A DNA stretch of 28,795 nt from a virus (lineage: Duplodnaviria > Caudoviricetes): the IMG/VR virus record IMGVR_UViG_3300044724_007133, positions 1 through 28,795 of that record; one strand, given 5' to 3'. Positions 7,795 through 15,153 of this stretch are shown here, in pieces (position 1 is the stretch's first letter; each line of letters begins with the position of its first letter). The position numbers and the translations under genes are program-made. The notes under the pieces were generated by a model. The model ran no database searches and was not told where the DNA came from. It was given only the letters and a program-made list of their open reading frames with translations.

Positions 7795-8523
7795 ATGAAT
7801 ATAATATGTGTGAAGTGGGGTGATAAGTACTCTGCTGAATTTGTTAATAAACTCTATAGTATGGTCAAGCGAAATCTTCCTAGAGATTTTGACTTCTACT
7901 GCTACACAGAAGATCCCACAGATATAAGATCAGAAGTTAAAATTATTCCAATACAATCCGATCTTGAGAAGTGGTGGCTCAAGATTGATATGTTGGGACA
8001 CTTCAATGACCCCAGAGGACAAACTAATATTCTTTTCGATCTTGATATTGTTATTATTAATCCGTTGAATAGATTGTTAGAAGTCCAACCAAAGACGGTT
8101 TCTGTCCTTCACTCGGTGTGGAGAGATGGTATGATATTTCCCAAGGGTAAAGTCAAAAGAAAAGGTAATGTGTATAGACCTGACAAAATGTTTCGTTATG
8201 GCCAAGATAGATATACAACAAAGTACAATTCCTCTATAATGATGTGGCAAGGTGATCAAGGAGTACCAGTATATGAACTCTTCCAAAGAAAGAAAGTCGA
8301 CTCTCTCTTCAAATACAAAGGTGTGGACCGATTCTTATACAATGAAGAATTGGAAGTCGCAACCTTACCAACAGATATTGCTTACTCATATAAGATGGGC
8401 ACGGATTATCGTACCGACAACAAAGCCGGACTATACAGACCGTCGTACGAGGTATGTATTTTCAACGAAGGTGCCAGTCTATTACAAGCAGAGGAATGGG
8501 TAAAGGATTTTTGGTATGAATGA
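7795..8523 (+). CDS. Glycosyltransferase, GT-A fold (242 aa)
   Basis: ICVKWGDKY....VNKLYSMV.RNL, FYCYTED, WWLK, DxD motif in LFDLDIVI, NSSIMMW and GVDRFL: a widespread GT8-like phage/bacterial glycosyltransferase family. Confidence 0.85.
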   Translation: MNIICVKWGDKYSAEFVNKLYSMVKRNLPRDFDFYCYTEDPTDIRSEVKIIPIQSDLEKWWLKIDMLGHFNDPRGQTNILFDLDIVIINPLNRLLEVQPKTVSVLHSVWRDGMIFPKGKVKRKGNVYRPDKMFRYGQDRYTTKYNSSIMMWQGDQGVPVYELFQRKKVDSLFKYKGVDRFLYNEELEVATLPTDIAYSYKMGTDYRTDNKAGLYRPSYEVCIFNEGASLLQAEEWVKDFWYE

Positions 8524-9148
8524 ATTTCTTTATTATCGAAACTTGTTAATGAGTGGAGGGGATTGGACTTCTTGGACACCAAAACTAGATTTGCAACAGG
8601 TTCAACAATATTGCTTTGACAACAGTAGTGTGTTTATGAGGTATCATAAAGATGATAAGGTTGATCAAAAACGTACGGCACTTCCTATAACAAATGCAAC
8701 GGGCCAACACGACGATTCTAGTTTTATAGTTCTCAAGGAACTCGATCAACACGAATTTTCATTTACTAAAAAAACTCAGCACTATTATGATTCGGGACTA
8801 GGATCCCTTCTTGATAAGTTTGGGTCATCGTTGGGTAGAACACACATTGTAAATCTACAGGCTGGTGGTTATTTCCGTCCTCACCGCGACGGGCCAATGG
8901 AGTGGCATTCACCAGAGTTAGAAGGATGCAGATTACTATATTGTATCAATAATTGTGATTATAATAACTTCCATTTGATTTTAGGAAATTCTGTTCTGCC
9001 TTTGAAGGATGGTGACATCTATTTAATCAATGCAATGATAAAACATTCTGCAGTTAGTTTTAGCGACGAATGCTTTTTTCTGATGATGAATGTAAAATAT
9101 GACAGACAAACAATGAAAGCGCTAATTGATCTTGAATTCAATAGATAA
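8516..9148 (+). CDS. 2OG-Fe(II) oxygenase, Asp/Asn beta-hydroxylase-like (210 aa)
   Basis: GRTHIVNLQAGGYFRPHRD (HxD) with a distal His in INAMIKHSAVS; double-stranded beta-helix pattern. Confidence 0.8.
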   Translation: MNEFLYYRNLLMSGGDWTSWTPKLDLQQVQQYCFDNSSVFMRYHKDDKVDQKRTALPITNATGQHDDSSFIVLKELDQHEFSFTKKTQHYYDSGLGSLLDKFGSSLGRTHIVNLQAGGYFRPHRDGPMEWHSPELEGCRLLYCINNCDYNNFHLILGNSVLPLKDGDIYLINAMIKHSAVSFSDECFFLMMNVKYDRQTMKALIDLEFNR

Positions 9149-9746
9149 TTATTTTGTTGGAGCTTTTGCACAAACAATAAAATCAAATTCGAGCTCCCCA
9201 GATATTACACAGTTTGCAAATCATTTACTGCCAAACAAACTACATAGTAAGCAGTGGTTGGTAGAGCAGCTCGCAAAACACGTTACACCTGACAACGTGC
9301 TATTATTAGGATCGTGGTACCCAACATACATACCATATTATCTTGGTGGTAATCATTTCACATGTGTAGATACCGACCCCACAGTTAGACATTTGGCCGA
9401 GCAGTTCAACATAATAATGTATGGCGACAATGATAAATTTAGGTTTACTTCTACTGATGCAAAACTTTGGTTAGAACACTCACATGAACAGTATGATGTT
9501 GTCATCAACACAAGTTGCGAACACATGGAATTTGATTTGGTGGAAATGAATCTTAACAACAAGTCAATGTATGCAATGCAAAGCAACAATTACACCCACG
9601 CTGATGGGATAAGGATCACAGAGCATATCAATTGCAAATCAACACTCGACGAGTTTGTTAATAGTTGTGGACTGTCACGTTTGTACTATACCGGTGAACT
9701 TAAATTAGAACAATATACGAGGTTTATGGTGATAGGACAAAAATGA
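9126..9746 (+). CDS. Class I SAM-dependent methyltransferase-fold protein (about 206 aa; TTG start uncertain)
   Basis: SKQWLVEQL, VLLLGSWY (motif I variant), CVDTDP (acidic residue ending beta2), DVVINTSCEHM, QSNNY and EHINC: a phage-common methyltransferase-like family. Confidence 0.75.
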   Translation: MILNSIDNYFVGAFAQTIKSNSSSPDITQFANHLLPNKLHSKQWLVEQLAKHVTPDNVLLLGSWYPTYIPYYLGGNHFTCVDTDPTVRHLAEQFNIIMYGDNDKFRFTSTDAKLWLEHSHEQYDVVINTSCEHMEFDLVEMNLNNKSMYAMQSNNYTHADGIRITEHINCKSTLDEFVNSCGLSRLYYTGELKLEQYTRFMVIGQK

Positions 9747-10396
9747 ATACTCGAGTGGAACAAATACGGACATGGTGCAAAAATAATAATATTTTTTATC
9801 TCAAAGCAGATATAAAGATACCACCACAGGTTGAACAAGAGGCCATGGCGGTGTATAATAATCAACTATTTACACCTCATCGTGTAAGTCACGGCCGTGG
9901 ATGGAGTTCTGCTACATTGTATGGGGAAGAGTGGAACATTACTCATTATGATCCCAACGCTAAGGACAGGTACAAGTGGACAATGTTAACAGACCATGCA
10001 CCGATAATGACAGATTGGTTAAAAAACACGTTTCCGAATAACGGTCGCTACGGTAGGTGTCGGTTTATGTTATTAGAGTCGGGTGGTTATATTCATAGCC
10101 ATACTGACACCCATCAATGGACAGATGGAATGGAATTGAAGAACGACGTTATGTCAGCTATTAACATAGCAATCACGCAACCTGCTGATTGCTATTTGCG
10201 TAGAACAGAAGACAAACTTGAGGTGCCGTTTCAGCCACGAGAGGTGTATTGGTTTAATAATGGACCATTCCACGAAGCAGCAAACTTCAGCAAGTTGCCA
10301 AGAATACACTTCATTGTCCATGGGGGGTCATGTGACAAGCGAAATAAATTATTCATAAGATCATTTGAAAAAGAATATCCAGATGCAGACGTTTGA
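9743..10396 (+). CDS. 2OG-Fe(II) oxygenase, Asp/Asn beta-hydroxylase-like (217 aa)
   Basis: GWSSATLYG, RCRFMLLESGGYIHSHTD (HxD), NIAITQP and FHEAANFSKLPRIHFIVH (distal His plus 2OG-binding Arg); ATGA overlap with the upstream gene. Confidence 0.85.
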   Translation: MNTRVEQIRTWCKNNNIFYLKADIKIPPQVEQEAMAVYNNQLFTPHRVSHGRGWSSATLYGEEWNITHYDPNAKDRYKWTMLTDHAPIMTDWLKNTFPNNGRYGRCRFMLLESGGYIHSHTDTHQWTDGMELKNDVMSAINIAITQPADCYLRRTEDKLEVPFQPREVYWFNNGPFHEAANFSKLPRIHFIVHGGSCDKRNKLFIRSFEKEYPDADV

Positions 10397-11714
10397 CGAG
10401 TATAAGAATTATATTATATCAAACACACACCATGCAGAAAACAATAGCAGGAAGCAGGTCCACATTATACTGGACTATCCATTGCTGCCGTTCGGAGATT
10501 TTTACAAACAGTTGATGGGACTAACATGGTTTACTGGTATCCGTAGAGGTGATAACACCGACAAAGAGAAGGCAGCAATCTTTGCAAAGACCTTAGATGA
10601 GGGGTGTGCTGAGGCAGACAACTTTGACTATGCATTGGTTTCATATGTCGGCACTGTATATCGTACGCCATCACTTCCAGCCGACAACATATGGACAATG
10701 TTTGATCAATGGATAGAAAACGAAAGTGAGCAGAGTCCTTGCAAGGGGCACATATTGTGGCATCCAAACAAACAATACGGTAGGTTACACCTCCAGTCAA
10801 TGTTTCTAGATCTGAAACATTGGCGATCTGTGGGACGTCCATCGTTTGGCAAGTGGACAGGGACAGCAAGTGTTCCTGTTGTATGTAAACAAAACATACA
10901 TGATGATTACACACCCCTGTGGTTAAAACCGGGTACTGAAAAGAAGGACGTTGTAGACGCAGAAATGGCTGAGTACATTACTGCGTTGTTAGTTGATGGT
11001 AAGCAAGTTCTGAATTTTACAACTGAAGAGCGACATTTAAAATACTTCACCTACCCCCAACGAGAAGAAGTGTCAGCTCCTTTGAACCAGGACAAAGAGC
11101 AAGTTCCCAACATTATATACAGAAACAACACCAGTCATTTTTCCACATTAGAACGATTTTACAACGAATACAATGGACCCAAGTATGATGTTATATACGC
11201 ACCAGCATCTGGTGCTGTGGGGGAATATTTGTGGACAAAGTTTGGTCACAGCAACACCAAATTAGTATTTTTTGATAACAACAAACCTTCTGTTATATGG
11301 AAGGATAGTCTTTACGGGGCGTACAGTGCTGGCAACGCTAGAGTGACTTCCGTTGATCAATTGGATCGAATTACAGAAATTGTTGCACGGCGGTATGGTT
11401 GTTACGTTGATGTTGCAGAATACAAAGCAAATCAGTACGGTGAGTTTTGGTCAGATCAGCAATGGGTCGACACAATAAACAGTGTGCAAGATGTGGATAT
11501 GATTGAGCTCGATTGCATGACACAGTTGCCATCAATAGATCCATCGAAAAGAAACTTAGTATACCTAACTAATATTTTTTCATACGTATTTTCATACTTT
11601 CATTATTCCATAGATTATATGGATATACAATTCAATAAATATTGTTCACTGCCTAATACAACTGTGATGGGAGTTGACCCATTTCGTGAAAAAATAATTT
11701 GTCAGAATCATTAA
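10383..11714 (+). CDS. Two-domain hypothetical enzyme (about 443 aa from ATG 10383): N-terminal HDDYTPLW domain and C-terminal Rossmann/methyltransferase-like domain
   Basis: The ORF track starts at TTG 10365; ATG 10383 is the more plausible start. IYAPASG...LVFFD and LVYLTNIFSY resemble SAM-binding Rossmann motifs. Clear paralog of the next gene. Confidence 0.65.
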   Translation: MQTFDEYKNYIISNTHHAENNSRKQVHIILDYPLLPFGDFYKQLMGLTWFTGIRRGDNTDKEKAAIFAKTLDEGCAEADNFDYALVSYVGTVYRTPSLPADNIWTMFDQWIENESEQSPCKGHILWHPNKQYGRLHLQSMFLDLKHWRSVGRPSFGKWTGTASVPVVCKQNIHDDYTPLWLKPGTEKKDVVDAEMAEYITALLVDGKQVLNFTTEERHLKYFTYPQREEVSAPLNQDKEQVPNIIYRNNTSHFSTLERFYNEYNGPKYDVIYAPASGAVGEYLWTKFGHSNTKLVFFDNNKPSVIWKDSLYGAYSAGNARVTSVDQLDRITEIVARRYGCYVDVAEYKANQYGEFWSDQQWVDTINSVQDVDMIELDCMTQLPSIDPSKRNLVYLTNIFSYVFSYFHYSIDYMDIQFNKYCSLPNTTVMGVDPFREKIICQNH

Positions 11715-11725
11715 GATATTTAATT

Positions 11726-12748
11726 ATGACGGAACTACAAAACTACATTATTAATGGCCCAGCCACCAATCAAAACTACGTCCATATAATACTGACAAAT
11801 CCAACTACTACTGATCAGGACATAGTTACGACATGGCTATCATATCCAGAAAGATGCAACATTATATTTGCAGATAGTTTAGAGGGTGGATACAAACTAG
11901 CACTGCAACAAAAATACAACTATGCAATTGTTTCTTGGAGTGGTGTAAAATATTACACTCCTCTGTCACCAGCATCAAACATCGCTGACATTTTTCATCT
12001 TTGGTTAAATAACGAATCCACAAACACACCGACAAGGGGGATAAAAGGACGGACGTTATTTTGCAATCTTCTAAAACAATCAGATACTGTACAGCGATTT
12101 ACAAATGCAGAAACTGTGTGGATCAATAATCCATCTGTCGAACAACCGAATCTGTTAATATACCGCGACATAGAAAAATACAGCGACGTAGTAAAATATA
12201 TTAGTCAACTAACCCCAAGACAGTATGATAAAATATATGCACCAGCATCAGGAAGTATAGGTGAACTAATTTGGGGTTCGTTGGGCAGTAACAAGCACAC
12301 AAAGATGATTTTTTGTGGCGCCAATAAACACTATGTGTTGTGGAAACAAAGTTTATATGGATTGTTTGGCGCTAAACCTACAAACGGATTGCAACTGCTA
12401 CACATGACTAAAATTATGGCTGAGCGGTACAATTTATACATGCATCAACCTGAACACAACTGTAACAACGTTTTGTGGTCTGACGATGTTTGGGCTGATG
12501 TTGTTCAAGAGATTTCAAATGCGTCAGCAATATTATTCAATTGGTTAGATAATGATATTAGTCTTGACGCAAAGGCGACAAAGCTAATTTATATTGGTGA
12601 TACGTTTATTGATCCAAATCAATACACTAGACATACGTGGCGCCACATCCGAGATACATATAATAAACTGCTTACCACTCCAAACACAACAGTAATTGGC
12701 ATATCACCTCTAAAAGAAATAACTATACATGAAAATCATAGCCGTTAG
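11726..12748 (+). CDS. Shorter paralog of 10383..11714 (about 340 aa from ATG 11726)
   Basis: Colinear similarity: NYII, VHIIL, IFA..L..G, YA.VS..G..Y.TP..PA.NI, W..NES, YD.IYAPASG..GE..W, WK.SLYG, WSD..W.D and PNTTV.G..P. Confidence 0.7.
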   Translation: MTELQNYIINGPATNQNYVHIILTNPTTTDQDIVTTWLSYPERCNIIFADSLEGGYKLALQQKYNYAIVSWSGVKYYTPLSPASNIADIFHLWLNNESTNTPTRGIKGRTLFCNLLKQSDTVQRFTNAETVWINNPSVEQPNLLIYRDIEKYSDVVKYISQLTPRQYDKIYAPASGSIGELIWGSLGSNKHTKMIFCGANKHYVLWKQSLYGLFGAKPTNGLQLLHMTKIMAERYNLYMHQPEHNCNNVLWSDDVWADVVQEISNASAILFNWLDNDISLDAKATKLIYIGDTFIDPNQYTRHTWRHIRDTYNKLLTTPNTTVIGISPLKEITIHENHSR

Positions 12749-13424
12749 AATAGGAAACAGGTATGGTCCTGAGTACGAGCAGTACTTAGAATCAAAGCTA
12801 CCTGAATATGAGTTTGTTTGGGTTCGTGAACCAATCGATCCGAGAGTACAACTTCAATGGAATAAGATGTACGGGATGACACTTGATATTGATGAACCAA
12901 TTTGTGTGATGGATATTGACGTGTTGTTAATCAATGACTACAAAAAGATATTTGAATACCCAATCGAGCGAGGACAGTTCTTAGCTGCACCGGGTTGGTG
13001 GAGATGGGGATTCGATGATCTAAAAACCAGATTTACAATTAACGGTGGGTTTTACAAATACTATCCCAAAGACTGCGCATACATCTATGAAAAGTTTATG
13101 AGCGATCCTCACCACTGGCAGACAACTTATATCGAACAAGGTTTTACATCAGGACCGGTCAATGGAGAGCAGCATTTTATTAATGACACAGTAAATGAAC
13201 GCCTTGAGCTAGTCAAACTGCCCAATGATTGGTTTTGCAGAATGGAGGCTCGACCAGAACACAGCCACAGTATTTCGCGGATGAATACAAAGTTCAAAGA
13301 GGCGACTGGGCACTCTTATGCATACTTAGGGGGAGAGTTCTGGCCTACAATTAAGTTTGTTCATTTTACCCACATGGCTAATCATCCTCGCAATTGGAAG
13401 GATTACCATTTATTCGTGGATTAA
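12729..13424 (+). CDS. Glycosyltransferase, GT-A fold (231 aa)
   Basis: AVRIGNRYGPEY, WNK, DxD motif in VMDIDVLL, INGGFYKY, GEQHFI and KFVHFT; distant relative of 7795..8523. Confidence 0.8.
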   Translation: MKIIAVRIGNRYGPEYEQYLESKLPEYEFVWVREPIDPRVQLQWNKMYGMTLDIDEPICVMDIDVLLINDYKKIFEYPIERGQFLAAPGWWRWGFDDLKTRFTINGGFYKYYPKDCAYIYEKFMSDPHHWQTTYIEQGFTSGPVNGEQHFINDTVNERLELVKLPNDWFCRMEARPEHSHSISRMNTKFKEATGHSYAYLGGEFWPTIKFVHFTHMANHPRNWKDYHLFVD

Positions 13425-13898
13425 CTTACCCGCGTAATACATTGCATCAAGCACGTTGTCGGCGTCGCGCATCTTCTTCTTTGTGTCAGCATCTGAAGAT
13501 GAGGCAATTCTTTCATCATCAAATAATCTTAGCTTGAGCTCGAACAAGAAGTCTTGTCCCTCTGTTCCCTCGGGTAGCTCAAACAACCAATCAAAGTTCA
13601 ATCTCTTGTTTGGCTCCACAACCGATGGATCGTAAACGAATCCTTTCTTCTCCGCTTCTGCCATATAAAAGTTAGCAAGCTGCTGACGAAAAACCTTTTC
13701 ATTTTCATTTGTTTCGCGCTCAATGTCATCTAAGGATAGGTCTTTAAGAATTGCATCATACCCACGATCAATACCTGGAAGCGTTTCTGCAAGCACCTCT
13801 TGCAGCTCATTTGAATTGTTCGGCTTCCAAAACGCTCTTACTGTATCTCGCGATCCTTGAACAAAATAGGCTCTAACAAATTTACCTTTATCGTACAT
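13410..13898 (-). CDS. Hypothetical protein (162 aa), helical and charged; possibly an assembly chaperone
   Basis: SD TAAGGAG upstream; last gene of the minus-strand structural run; overlaps the convergent glycosyltransferase gene by 15 nt. Confidence 0.7.
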   Translation of the reverse strand: MYDKGKFVRAYFVQGSRDTVRAFWKPNNSNELQEVLAETLPGIDRGYDAILKDLSLDDIERETNENEKVFRQQLANFYMAEAEKKGFVYDPSVVEPNKRLNFDWLFELPEGTEGQDFLFELKLRLFDDERIASSSDADTKKKMRDADNVLDAMYYAGKLIHE

Positions 13899-13907
13899 AA
13901 TTACTCC

Positions 13908-15134
13908 TTAATATCGCCCCTGTACCAAACGGTACTGCTGAATATTTTGCGGCGATCCATCATTTACTGGTACAAATTGCGAACGGTAGTCATCGTCAGT
14001 AAACCGCCTTTCAAGTCTTACTGAATCATCCAACCTCGTGTCTCTCATCAATGATCCCACTGGAAACCTTTCACCATTCCAATAACTGCTAGGTATTATA
14101 CCGTACGTCATTCGAAATCTAATTCTATAATTGTCAACTGCAGCAATATAATAACTCATACGATTTATTAATTTACTTGCAAGTTGGTCGGGTGTGTATG
14201 GTTGAAGATCGTTACTATCAGTAAACCGATAAAAATCATAGGATTTATTTGAGTAAGCGGAGAGAGTTGTGTTGCAATTTAACTTCCGGAACAAAAAATA
14301 TCTATTAATTAATTTCTCAGTCGAACTAGTATACAATAATCCTGTATTCACATACGCATCTTCATCTGCTCGTGTATCTTGAAACAAAACCCCCGATCCA
14401 AAGCTTCCATTGTTGTGGGCATTCAACACGGAGTAACCACTAGGAGTACTGCCACTAGCTACTGTATATGGTCTGAGATCCTCAGTCGATAGCGCTAAAG
14501 ACGTTTCACCATTTAGAAGTAAGATTGCAGGTTTAATGAACGTATCATCAATATCCGCCAATGTCATTCGACGTAAGTCACCGTTAGCATCTCGATACAA
14601 TGGCCGATCTTCTTCCGCTATGTCTGCAAGACTGCTGGGATCGCCATGGACCCACTGAGCCAGATTGTTATAATACCCAGTGCGTGTCACCACATCAACT
14701 GTTGCAGTGTAATCACTAGCATTTGTTGTTCCGGTGCCAGGCTCGAGCCAAGTGTTCTGCATATCATCATTTTCATCTAAGGCAGTCCATGTATCTCCTG
14801 GCGAACTAGCTAGTGAAGTACCCCTGTAGCGCACAATATCCATCACATATGGCTGACCATACCCAGTCAACTGAGTCCAACTTGTTGCAGTCTCTATGCT
14901 CTGTTCTGTGTACTGATAATTTGTTTCGGGGTACGAGCCATATGTATGTGTAAAACCAAAATACAACGCAACACCAGCGTTGAACTGCGTGCTGGAAGAT
15001 CCAGGATCGCTTCTCAACAATCCATAATATGCATTGACCAACTTGAGCTGGGCATACGTAACATCAGATTCTTCTTGTAGAGTTACAGAGTTAGACTCTA
15101 AGCCCGCATCTTTTAGAGGAGTACGTACTGTCAT
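13908..15134 (-). CDS. Hypothetical virion protein (408 aa), probably associated with the fibre
   Basis: Follows the 982-aa fibre directly; Y/T/S-rich; MTVRTPL start, LRRMTLADIDDTFIKPAI and DDYRSQ motifs. Confidence 0.65.
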   Translation of the reverse strand: MTVRTPLKDAGLESNSVTLQEESDVTYAQLKLVNAYYGLLRSDPGSSSTQFNAGVALYFGFTHTYGSYPETNYQYTEQSIETATSWTQLTGYGQPYVMDIVRYRGTSLASSPGDTWTALDENDDMQNTWLEPGTGTTNASDYTATVDVVTRTGYYNNLAQWVHGDPSSLADIAEEDRPLYRDANGDLRRMTLADIDDTFIKPAILLLNGETSLALSTEDLRPYTVASGSTPSGYSVLNAHNNGSFGSGVLFQDTRADEDAYVNTGLLYTSSTEKLINRYFLFRKLNCNTTLSAYSNKSYDFYRFTDSNDLQPYTPDQLASKLINRMSYYIAAVDNYRIRFRMTYGIIPSSYWNGERFPVGSLMRDTRLDDSVRLERRFTDDDYRSQFVPVNDGSPQNIQQYRLVQGRY

Positions 15135-15153
15135 ATCAAACCTTTACAAATAA

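Noticed and set aside
8077-10914. Short ORFs nested in or antisense to the cassette genes (8077..8286, 8252..8503, 9353..9589, 10531..10914, 10706..10897)
   Set aside because: They overlap motif-bearing enzyme genes and show no coding signal of their own.
7035-13424. Cassette as an invertible segment, IS or integrative element
   Set aside because: No recombinase, transposase or homing endonuclease; I found no terminal inverted repeats or target duplication, and the right end overlaps a native gene.
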